From contig NC_045696.1 in assembly GCF_009834535.1 (NCBI RefSeq), positions 83,268,001 through 83,332,000 on the forward strand: a stretch of 64,000 bases of DNA, given 5' to 3'. The stretch's first letter is position 1; each line of letters opens with the position of its first letter. Source of the DNA: Camelus ferus (Eukaryota). The notes under the pieces are model-generated. The model was not told where the DNA came from. It saw only the letters and a list, made by a program, of their open reading frames with translations, and did not search any database. The translations under genes and the position numbers were made by a program. Below, in pieces: positions 12,251-24,036 of the stretch.

Positions 12251-12336
12251 TTTGTTTGTTTGATTGGTTGTTTTATTGACGTACAGTCAGTTTACAATGT
12301 TGTTCAATTTCTGGTGTACAGAATAATGTTCCAGTA
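12251..12336 (-). mobile_element. Very short 5'-truncated camelid L1 3' end
   Basis: attgacgtacagtcagtttacaatgttgttcaatttctggtgtacag is the reverse of the L1 terminus seen near 10250; TSD aagaagttaat at 12234-12244 and 12337-12347. Confidence 0.8.
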
Positions 12337-15090
12337 AAGAAGTTAATACAGTTCAGTGCCCAGCACGGAGACTGTCATCATATAAATTTGACTTTTAATG
12401 TGATTTAATTTAAATTTTACTATTGTTAACGTCTCCAAGTCTCAGCTTAAGCATCACTGCTCCTGGGGAGCCTTCCTGTTGTTCACACTGATTTTTCATT
12501 CCCTCTTCAAGCTTGCCATGGCTTCAAAGCTACCTCTTTTCTAGCCCACTTTTTCAGATTGTACTGTAATTCTGTGTTCACAGGCTGAGATCCTCTAGTG
12601 TACTGTGCACTTCTCAGGAGCAGGAAACAAAATGATTGCTCAGGAACACAGGTTTGTTTATGAGAGAATGACTCAGTCCAAAGTACAGGCACAAACAGCA
12701 GCAGTGAAAGTGCAGCTTTAAAAAAAATGTCGAAAACAAGGTAAGATAATACAAAATGAAGAGGGTGGATGTACACGGCTCATGAATTTCTGACTTCTGC
12801 TTAGGTTTACCCTTCTGTCAAAGCTTTAAAGGTTACAATTGCCTTAATAAGGGGTTGCAGGAGCAGGTGGGATTTCCAGATGAGAAAACAGAGCAGTGAG
12901 TTGAAAGCTTTGGCCTCAAATTAACATCCAGAAAGTAGATAAAATTTGTTGTAATAGACTAGCTAAAATTTAACTAGCTTTCCTACCACTATAATTTCAC
13001 ACTTAAAGTGTCCGTAATTAAAAACATTTACCAAAAGAAAACTGCATTGGAGAATGAATATAAGCTTTGAACCTGTAAATGATATAAATCTGCAGCATTC
13101 TACTCCTTTTAGAAGAGAAATCAACATTAATATCTATCTAATACAACAAAATTATTTGTCCTTGTGTGTCACATAGAAATCTACAAAGTCCTAAGCAATG
13201 AGGAAGACTGCCAGCTCCTTTATCAACAAGGAGGTACTTGTAAATCATAGGAGATTCGTGTAAAATCATGCAGGACTTGGCCTCCTCTACCAAGAGTAAT
13301 CATTTAAATTCAATAAAATAAGAAACTCACAGTACATTAAAATTTCAAAAAGCCATTTGTGAATAATACAGCCCTAGAATTTTCATTTGTTGTTTTTTTT
13401 TTTTTCCTCCAGAGCCCAGGGATGTTTAAAAATGAATTTTGCCGTTGAACTCTAGGCATGTCAGATCTCAGAAACAACAGACGAAGAAACTCTAATTAGC
13501 TGTGATGAACGTTGATTATAGAGCACGGATATAACAATGATTACCAAAGGGGGAAAAAAAGAGGTGATGCATCAGGCCCACATATCAAGTGTGGTTGTGT
13601 AATTAGAGAAATTTAATCACAGCAGGCAAATGTGATGTATTTGTATCTGCACCATTCCGTGGATTCAAGGGCAGAACTGTTCTCAGAAAATACAAAGGAA
13701 TAAAAGCATTCCTATTTTATATGCTTTATCTTTAAACCATTTAATACATAAAGGTCTTTTTTTCTTGTTCTTTTTCCACCTCCTCCCCACACCCCACAGA
13801 AAACCCATTTTTTGTTCAGCAAAATTCCCAGTCCTATTACCTTATTAGGGTGTTCTTTTCAGAATGTCCCTGGCTCATTAGGATTAATAGAAGACACACA
13901 TATGCTCATAGGGAAAAACAAGCTCTGTTTTGTCTGAAATATTTGAATTTAAAGGTAATGCCCTCCATTTGAGTTTCTGCAGAGAAGAGACTGTAACAGC
14001 TGTGCCTAAAGCTGAAGCCATGAACAGAAGTAGCACTCTCAGGGCCGGTGGCATCAGCCAGAGCTTTGCTGGTTCATGAATAAATCCCCAAATATAAGAA
14101 GTCACTTGGTCAGCTGAACTCCCACAGAAGATTCAGTAACCTGTTACGAGGTCACTGGGTTTATCTTGAACAAGAGTCTGTCTTGCAGCTTCCTGTCTTT
14201 TGATTTCCTGATTAAGTGACGGATGAGAAGAAGAGGTCACTCAGGCAGTACGGAAGCGAAAAAAAAAAAAAAAAAAAAAACCCTTCACAGAAACCTTGGC
14301 TGGCCGGCCAGCCCACGTTATTCCCAGCGAGAGATTTCTGCTTTACACTGATTACTCAGAAAGCCTTTTTCCCCAAGCAAACCTTTTTTTCTATTGTTGT
14401 TAATGTTGTTCTATAATTAGGTGTTTCTGCTGGAATTAGAAGCAAACATGAAAAAGCTGTTCTTGCAATACGTTTGTAAAAGGTATCTGAGTTCTCATTG
14501 GTGAAGTTGGATTAAACTATATAATTTATCATTATGACAGTGTATCTGTGTTTGCCCTGGATACTTCATTTAAGTATAATAGAGAAATAGTACGAATCAT
14601 TAGAAGGTTACCCAGACACGTACACGTCTTCTACGTTAATACTTTGCACAGATTCTTTAACATCTCTATATAATCATTTTTCCAGACTCAACCTGATACA
14701 ATGCACATATATTCACCTATATGATAATCTTGCTTAAGATATTCAGGAATCCATCACCCTGACATTTTTAACTGCAGAAAAGTTTCTCTTTGATGACAGA
14801 GCTGCACCAAGCAGGTTAGAACCAACCCTGCTCCCAACGTCCTCACGGGAAAACCTGACTGGAGTATGGGGCACTTCAAACTAAATAAGCCAAATCACTA
14901 ACTCAGAGATCACTGGACTGGCAAAGGGTAGAGACAGACTGGAGAACAGAGTTACTGAGACGGAGGGGCCAAGGAAAGCTGGTGGTTATAGAAGCCACAG
15001 GTCAGCTGAGGGGCCCAGAGAAAGCTGGTTCACCAAAGACAACCAGATAGTGAGTATTATTTACAGGGGAGGAAACAATAAAGGTCCAGA

Positions 15091-15332
15091 ATAATCTTGT
15101 GATTACCTGGTGGGAAGGGATACATTGCGAGTTTGAGATTTGCAAATATTAACCAGTATATATAAAACAGATAAACAACAAGTTTCTTCTGTATAGCACA
15201 GGGAACTATATTCAATACCTTGTAATAACCTATAATGAAAAAGAGTATGGAAAGGAACATATGGGACATTGCGCTGTACACCAGAAATTGACACACTGTA
15301 AACTGACTATACTTCAGTTTAAAAAAAAAAAA
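15091..15332 (+). mobile_element. 5'-truncated camelid L1 3' UTR with poly(A)
   Basis: Clearly similar to 10030-10290 of this window (ttcttctgtatagcacagggaac...ctgtacaccagaaattgacac). Confidence 0.9.
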
Positions 15333-15877
15333 GAATGAATGCACTGTTCGCACATTAACTATACTTCAATAAAAACAAGAATGAATGAACTCTGACAACA
15401 CTTATGCCAAGGTGAAAATCTTCATGCCACCTGTTGTAGCTTAAAATCACAGGTACCAGGATGCGCCCCAGAAGAAGGGCCTGATGGAACATAAACCCTT
15501 GTGAACAATGTAACTGTCACAGCAAATGCGTGTTTTGTTGGCTGATAAATTAACACAGGGACAAACAAGCTTTATACTTTAAGAGCTGGCATAAATTGCT
15601 GTGCAGTAACATGGCGACTGAAATGTGCAAGAGTCTAATGATCAGCAATTACCCACCTTACTGGTCTCCTCTGGATGCTTAAAAATGAGGACGGAAATTA
15701 GAACCCTCACTTTTATCTCAACGTCTTTCAACATTCTCATCTAGGCATACGGCGTAGAGAGAAGAGAAATGGCACAAACCCATCTAGGCCATCTTGAGAA
15801 CCAACCCTTTAACTGTGAAGAACAGCCTTTCAGTAAGTTGAGAGCTTTTCTTAAACCACGGTTTCAGTGCCGTGACG

Positions 15878-15939
15878 GCCTGAGAGGGCTGGAGCGGGCT
15901 GCCTGAGAGGGCTGGAGCGGGCTGCCTGGGGGGGGGGGG
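15878..15939. repeat. Perfect 23-bp tandem duplication followed by G12
   Basis: gcctgagagggctggagcgggct at 15878-15900 and 15901-15923, then gcct and a G run at 15928-15939. Confidence 0.9.
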
Positions 15940-16389
15940 ACGGTGCGCACAAGCAGGTGAGGCATGCGCTCACCACGAGGATGGGCTGGGCAGAGTTCAT
16001 GTGTTCAACTTAGAAGACAAGCAAGGGCAGAAGTAACGCCATGGCCATCTCCAAGGTAAGAGAAAATGAGACTCTGCTTTCTGAAAGAATCTGCTATTTA
16101 GAGAGTGAAGGACAAGTGAGTACTTGGATTGGAAAGCAAGGTCAAGCTAATAAAAGCAGTAAGTAGAAATTGTCACTCTGCTTAGAAAACAGCACCTAGA
16201 TTTCAAATCAAATTAAGGGTAAATTCTAGTGCTACCCTGCAAAACCTGAAATATAAAGGAAGAAAAAAAAAATCCGATTCCTCATGGCCCTTTTCTAGCA
16301 ACTTCAGTTCTCATCCACAGCTCCAGCACAATCTGGCCTTAAGAATAAATGGTACTCAAAGCACCATTTGCATAAGGATTCATGCGTTC

Positions 16390-16530
16390 ATTATCGTAAT
16401 CCTTGCAGGCTGTTATGATCCAGATATTTCCAAAGGGAAAATGAAACACAGTGAAGTTAAGTTACATTCCCACAGTTGCCTCGTTGGTAAGCAGAGAAGT
16501 TAGACTGAAAACCTAGTAGGTCTTCAGACA
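16390..16530 (-). mobile_element. MIR fragment
   Basis: aaatgaaacacagtgaagttaagttacattcccacagttg...gtaagcagagaagttagactgaaaaccta resembles the reverse MIR core. Confidence 0.6.
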
Positions 16531-19500
16531 CTTAATACAATGACATTTTAAATGTACTTCTGTGCTCTGTAGGTACGTATTCTTTCAATGTTATCCCAGT
16601 TGTTATGATTTTTATCTTCATCAGCAACTGTCTGATTTCCCTGATCCTGTGGTCTTAGGTAAATTGTCCCCCACTCAGTCTAAGGCACCTCATGCAGCAT
16701 CGTTCGCTGATCATGTTACTGCAGAGCAAAGTTACCACGAACTGTTAAGAGATTTTCTGGTCTATTTGGCAAACATACCGGGAAGAGGCAAAGACAACAG
16801 AAACCACAACAATGAAAACCAATTCTCAAAATGAGGAAAAAAATATATTAAAATGCCACAGCAATAGGACTGGAAAAAGTCTGGGACGGAGTAGGGGCAA
16901 TAAGACTGGGAGAAAAAAGTCCGGAATGTTCAAACTTGAAATAAAAAAGTGAATTTCGATAAAGGGAGAAAAGCATGCATGTGATAAGAATTCATTTCCA
17001 CTTACTGTACTCCTATGTCCCTAAAGGAACACCAGGGAGAAATAGCAATTTGGCAAATGTACTTTTTGTGTTTAAACATCAATTTTGATTTGTGATAGAC
17101 ACTTGTCTTTCAAATATTACATTTTCCATAACTAGAGAAGATCGGGAAAATAAACTCTCTAAGCTGTATATGAACTAAATTCCACTTTGACTTTTAAAAT
17201 AGAGAAGAATTTCAATAAGAGTAAAGATCTGAGATAAAAGGAAAAATTAGACACTGTTCCTAGTTCATTTTCTTTAAGGACCAGGGTCTCTCAAAAACAA
17301 AATCAACTAGAATTTAGCATATCATAGATTCAAGTTTAAATTATTTTTATAAAGGAAAAAAAAATAGACTAGAGACTTATACACACACACATGCACAGAC
17401 ACACATACACTGCTAGTGTAGCAGACCACAGACAGAAGAATAGATTTGCTTTTCTGAGGCTTGGGAAGTGAGAAGTGTCTCTCACCTTTCACCTGCGGCC
17501 TCATCTCCCAAATGACAGAGCTGCTATTGATCACGAGTCACTGTCTGGTGCCCGAAAGCTAAAATCCAAGTAATTACTGCTGCTGGTTGAAGAGTTCTGT
17601 TTGGATGAAGTGAGGGAGCTAGGCTGAGATCATTATCCAACAACTTACAAATTCTTTCAACTGCTGGTCAACCTGTATGTCTTTGAAACTAAGCATCTAA
17701 AGCATTTTAATTGCAGAGAAACTCTTGCTATAGAAATCAGCTCCCGGTATGCAGACAAATTAGCTCACTTTCACAGACACACTCTAAGTATCCTTCCCTT
17801 CTGTCTCTTCCCCCCGCCCCGCTCACGATTCCCAACAGACATTGATTCCACGAATTCCCTTCCTGCTGGGGACAGTTAGAGCCATAAAACTTAACTCATG
17901 AAAATATTAATGAACTTTCCATTTTCCCCTGATGCTTTTCTTCCAGTTTCTTGCTACAACAAAGAACTGGCTCCCTCCTGCCTTTAGAAAGAGAAACCAA
18001 GGGATCTCCCAGGTCACCTCCTTTATGGGCCCTCGTGAAACAGCTGTCATTTGGGAAAATGGACTCATTCACAAACTTTATCATCAGAGAATCAAAACAT
18101 TTGCTGAATCCCCAACATAAGATACGTTTAAACATATTAACAGTGAACTCCCCAGTGAACAGTGAAAACTACTTGGTTGAGGAATTGACTTTTTTAAGGT
18201 CTCAGTGATTCGAATTCCTCCCCAAAGTTGACACACACTCATGTTCATTGTGTACTATTCTCTGGCTATTTTTTCATTTTTTTCCACTTCCTACTTCAGC
18301 TCTCATTCTCTCTACTCATTACATCTTTTTACATCTCCAAAACCTTCCTCTTCAAATTCTCTTAAAGCTAATAGCTGTTTCCATCATTTTCTAAAAAAAT
18401 ACATTCTTAAAGTCTTCTTATGGTGAGCCTTCTTAATGTGAGCCCAATGGCCTTTTCTCCACTGTAATTTGCCTGGAGCCACAACAGGTAGCAAAGGAAG
18501 TTTCTGAGTGGATGCCAGGTTCTCCCTGTGATACAAACACTGTCTCCTTGTCTCCATCTTTTCAATCTGTCATTCCCATTTTACCCTTGGTTTCCAGACT
18601 AATTGCCCTTAAGAGATATTTGCATATTATCATACTCTTGCTCTGATACTCTCAATAGCTCACCGTCTGTAACTGCATCAGGACTAAACTCCTTTGTTGC
18701 TTCACATGGTTCTCCATCAGTCTGTGCACAGAAGTTATCTGCAAGAGCCAAATTTAAGCACGATTATCCTGGCACCTTGTACGCTGCAGCCACTCCTTGT
18801 GAAGAATGAGAATATATAGGATACGAGAAGGGAAGTGATATTTCTTACTCGATTTGAATTGTATTTATAGTTAATCTCAAATTTCAGGCTGTAATACATT
18901 AGAATTAGTCCTTATACAAGAAAATAAATTGCTTGAAGGGAAAAAAGTCTGGTGATAGCTGAAGGATTCATAATATTATTCTGATAAAATTATTTATTAT
19001 AGCTTTCCCCCATTGTCTTATTTTTAGAAATGCATTGATGGCTATGAGTGCTCAGATGCAAAGCTCCAAACGACTCACACATACGTCTACGGTTATCACA
19101 TGTAACATAGGGAGATGGTTACCATTATGAACTCAATTTATTTGTTAATACTTCATTAATTTCATGTTAATATTTCTTTCTTGAAGCCTAACCCACAGAG
19201 AATTTCATTACCACTACCATTCAGGTGTCAAATCCCTTTCTAAAACAAAACAAAGGGAAATCTTTTATAAAAGTGAATCTTTAGTTTTGCAGACAAAAGA
19301 AACTGTGAAAAAGAAGATTAAATCTTCATCATTTTAACTCACAAAGCAAATGCATAGGGAAATAGCATTATTCACCATTTAAATTGCTTAATTAGTCTTG
19401 GGAGTTTCTTCCGTCTGTCCAAGGTAAAGGAATTCTACACCTAGTTATACTAATGCTAAATGCCTAAACAGTAGATTTAAGTAAATCCTTCATTGAAAGA

Positions 19501-20619
19501 AATAAGTCACTTCTGTGCTAAGGAAGTGCTATTAAGATGCCTTCTGAAAGATCTATTGAGCCCTGTGGTGAAATGCATACATTTTTAAAAGGATAAACAT
19601 AGGAAAAATGTCTGTCATGCTTTACGGTGAATATATCCACCCAAATGTTCAAGAGCTCCCTGATTTATTCTCAAGTAACAACCCTGACTCTCCAAACATT
19701 GTTTACGATGGTCAGGTGAGAATATACAGAGTTTCAATACAAGATATCTGCTAGTAGACTTCCTTTGGAGAGTAAAACATTCTTAAAGCATCATTTACTT
19801 TCACAAACAGCATATGCTCACCATGTGGCACCATTCTTGTTAACACCGAAGTAGCAATTTGAGCTTAACAGCTTGAGAACTCTGTTTGTAATAATAATAG
19901 TATGAGATGTCAGGTCCTCAGAGTCTCAGACGTCAAAGGTGATCATGAACATAAATGAAAATTCCCAAATCTGCTCTGCTGGGGAAATGATTCTTACCAA
20001 GCCCAAAGAATCCAGTAGAAATACAAAAGCCTGGTCTCCGGCTTCTAATAAGCCCAGAAATTGTCTTCCCAATTTCACCGCATCTCCTTCATCTGGTTCT
20101 AATGTATACACACGTCTAGTGAATTAGTTCCCCTTGGGGGGAAGTTTTGTTGTCTCAAGAGCTTGAGATTTTCAATGAAGTGCCAATGATTTTATACAAA
20201 TTGTTGAAAGTTTTATATTACAACTGTTCTCTTCCTTTTATATGAGCCGACTGTTTACTTTTTGAGTACCTTCAAACCTTCTAGCATTTCAGAATAATGT
20301 TTAAAACATGGTATTATTAAGAAACTTTCAGATTGCAGCTGTGAAAACAGACCTATGTCATTATAATCAGTGAGAAAGTCCCTTAAGTGGGATTTCAGAA
20401 TATAAAAGGAGACTGTGCTGAGAATTGGCAGGGTAAGAACCAAGGAGAGGAAAGAGGGAAAGAAAGAGGGAAAGAAAACTCATCAAACAAAGAAAGGGGG
20501 TGTTTCTATTCTTGACAGCCCATTTGAAAAAAAATATAAGTAATTCAGTATTTGAGTAGAAGACTTCTTTTACGGGGGAGGGAGGTGTAGTTACTGCGTT
20601 GGCTTGCATAATCACTTTA

Positions 20620-20790
20620 TATATTACATCTATTAAAGCACTTATTCTTTCCTATTCTAGATGGTTATTTACCAATCTGTTTTTCTCATAAACTGCGAGC
20701 TCTTCAAGTGCCAGACCTATGTTGTATGTATCCTGCAAACTAGGATCTAGTACATTGCAGGTATTCAAATTTAGTAGTTAAATAAGTAGG
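20620..20790 (+). mobile_element. L2 3' end
   Basis: aaactgcgagctcttcaagtgccagacctatg resembles the L2 terminus. Confidence 0.55.
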
Positions 20791-21439
20791 AGAGACTAGA
20801 AATGATATAGACAACACATTTTTTCTTGGCCACACTAAGATGCAGAAATAGGAAAATATTTGAGGCAGGAAAAATTATTCCATATTAGCATTGCATTAAT
20901 GGAAAGAAATGTCCAAAATACATTAACATGCTATGGTAAGATGACTACAGAGAATAAGCAAACGATGCAATACTCATTTGGGGAGGCTTCTTCTCAGGAC
21001 AGGCTGTAGTCCCACAGTGATTTGCCTCTGGGCATTGAACTCCCCGGTTTGTAGGAACAGAGAAGGCAGATTGTAGTATAACATTCATGTGATTTGTTTT
21101 TGTAGCATCATGTCCTGATAAGTGAATGTATGTGACACTCAAAGGTCCTCCTGAAAGAACAGTCCAGATAAATCCAAAATGGGTAAGAGGGAAGAGATTC
21201 CAAAAAGGGGCTCCAAGGGACTGATGGATTGAGTCCATTGAAAGTGCCGTCCCTGTTCAGCTGGACCCCAGGAACTGCCTCTCAAGTCTCTATCCTGTCT
21301 TGTCAAACTTCCCAGTCCTCTTAGTGTCTGTAAGGAATCTTCATCTGTCTCTTCAAGGTCTATAAACAATATTTGCACCTCTTACCTTCCTCCAGCCTAA
21401 AAATATGCTTTCCCCTTAGTCTGTTTCCATTAAAATGCT

Positions 21440-22195
21440 GCCACTTTCTTTCCTCTCCTTTTAATGCAAACTTCTTCATCCCTGCTTCCACATCAACCCT
21501 TGGCTTCTCCAACCACTGGACTCCAGCTTCCAGCGCCATCACTCTAGAGATACCACTCTCATTAAGACTGCAGTGACCTCCTAATTGCCAAATCTCTGGG
21601 CACGCTTAGCCCTCATTGTACTGAAGGGCGGGTGGTGTTGATCCCTCCTTCACTCACTGTTCACAAGAGCTGACAACAGTAGGCTAGTTATGAAGACTAG
21701 TATCAGTCAAGTGCTTAGCACAGCATTTTGCACACCATATGGGCTCTTTAAAAAAAGTTTGCTGATATTATTATACTAACATTTTTCTCAGTTGCCTTTG
21801 TGAGTTCTCTTTCTGTGTCTCCTTTTAAATGCAGGTGTCCCTTACCCAGCGCCCTGATAATCCACACGTTGTTGCAGGGTAATCGTACCAGTCTTTTTGA
21901 GTTCAACAACTATCATATTACGACTCTCATGTCTATAGCTCCAGCCCAGGGCTCCACTAAATCTTTATGTGTATATCTCTGAGTTCCTGAGGGAGATCCC
22001 CATCTCAATTGGCAATATGTCCTTGAGGGGTAAAAATCACTCCCAGTTAAGAATCAGTGCTTAGCTTATATATGGTTCTTTCTGTCTTTCCTCAGGTGAT
22101 TGTAAACTTTCTGAGAGTCAGAATGATGTGTCATTCACCCCTGTGTCCCTCAGCCACAGCACAGAGCCCCATATACTGAAGCTACCAATTCAACT
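21440..22195 (+). mobile_element. L2 remnant (RT region to 3' end) with small nested MIR and MER20-like pieces
   Basis: cagtgacctcctaattgccaaatc (DLLIAK-like L2 RT motif) and gattgtaaactttctgagagtcagaatgatgtgtcattcacccctgtgtccc. Confidence 0.6.
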
Positions 22196-23654
22196 CTATA
22201 ATTCTCAATTTAGGAGATCTTACTTTACGGGAGATCATGTTTACATCCCCACCCCACAAAAGCCCCTGTACAGATTCTTACATTAGGTTCTGATTTCTTT
22301 TGAAAGGAAGCATCTGGAATATTTCAATAATGAGAAAGATGCTTGTTAAGTGGATGGTGACTACAATTTTGAAATAAGAGCATACTGTTAAATTTAGAAA
22401 TCAGATGAGTCTTTACTTCAGAAAAAGGTTTGAAGAATAATATACTCTATTAAAAGAATGATTTGCTGGTGAGTTTTAAAATAACCCAAGGAAACTGGCA
22501 CTTCTAAAAATTTCACAGCAGCCTAAGTCTAAGACTTGAAAAAAGAAATAATAAAGAACTGGGGCTGCTGAATCTGAAGCCATCACATCTATGGCTCCAT
22601 GTCAATTTATAATGGTAAACGTGCCACAGAAACAAATTTGTCATGGGAATTTTCACAGCAATAAATATCACAGTCTGGTGGCAGTAGAAGGAGTTACGGA
22701 TCACACCCTCACGAGTCTTAGGCTGAGTTTGGATAAAGTGACATGTGCAACGCACATTAGCTGAGACCTTCACATCTTTTTATGCTTCACAAACCAGATC
22801 GGATTGGCCGAACTGCAGAATATATTTGCCACAACACAATAAATTGTCCCCTCAAGTCAGTTGATGGTGAAAGACAAATTAATTGAAATCAGATCTTCCA
22901 ATCAACATGATACGGTGGGAATGAGGGTCAATCTTAAGATCATTTTGATCCACGAATCATCACGCTCTCCATTGCTCAAAGGCAGGAAACAATTTAAACA
23001 GAATATGATTTACTAAGAATATCATCAATTAAAAGATAAGGTATTAGAACCTCTAGATTCCCAAAGTGGGAATCTAACTGAAAGATCTGTAATTGCAACT
23101 ATTACCTAACAGCTCTCTTATCCCTCCTTCTCTTTTCTTGCCTCACCCTCCCTAACTGTCCTCCTTGAAAAATATTTGGTCACCTTGCCTTCTTTCGTTT
23201 ACAAACTTTTTTCTTCTTCCTTTAAATTCTTAAATTAACAAATATTTATAGTCTAGACAACTGGTCACACACCTCAAGGGAATCCTAAAAGAGTCAATAA
23301 TAGTCTTGCCTTTAAAAATTAATAATTATTAAAATTAAATAAAACTATTAATTATTTAAAAATTAATAATCTATTATTTAAAAACACAAGTACAAAATGA
23401 TCAGAAAACCAGGCAAAATTGGAAAGTAGCATAAAAGGGGGAAATTATGTACCATGGAGGTTTCAAAGTAAAGATATACCACATTTGATATAAGGACACC
23501 AGGATTCTTACAGAGGAAGGTGTTTTAGATGAGTTGACATAAGTAGAAATTGGGTTGGGATTTTTTAACTTACGTGAAAGCATAAAACACAGTTCTTGAT
23601 TCATTCATTCAGTAGGCATTCAACAGACATTTATTTTCTTCCCTCCTACAGGGG

Positions 23655-24036
23655 TGTTATGGGCTGAACTGTGTTCCTTCCAAATTCCTATGCTGAAGTC
23701 CTAACCCCTAATGCCTCAGAATGTGACTGGAGACAGGACCTTTAAAGAGGTAATCAAGGGAAAATGAGTTCATATGGTTGGGTCCTAATTCAATATGACA
23801 GATGTCCTTATGAGAAGAGATTAGAATGCAGATGTACACAGAGGAAAGATCACGTGAAGCCAGAGGCAGAAGCTGGCCATCTATAAGCCAAGGAGCAAGT
23901 CTCTCTGAAGGAACCATCCCTGCCGACAGCTTGATCTTGGACTTCTACCCTCCAGAACTACGGAGAATTAAATGTCTGTGGTTTAAGCCATCCAGTCTCT
24001 GTCATTTGTTATGGCAGCCCTAGCAAACTAACACCA
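23655..24036 (+). mobile_element. MaLR solo LTR, MLT1B/A-like
   Basis: tgttatgggctgaactgtgttcc...cttgatcttggacttctaccctccagaact...tttgttatggcagccctagcaaactaa. Confidence 0.88.

Larger units (their letters stand above)
11505..12390 (+). mobile_element. MIR split by an MLT1 LTR and a short L1 fragment
   Basis: MIR core gactttggccaagttagctaactcttctgtgcctcagtttcct resumes directly after the LTR at 12138. Confidence 0.65.

Noticed and set aside
14259..14280. A22 run as a retroposon tail
   Set aside because: No TSD or upstream element found; likewise for the A run near 37750.
20015..20065. GLLEAGDQAFVFL resembling a C1q/TNF strand
   Set aside because: A single short motif with no other C1q elements nearby.
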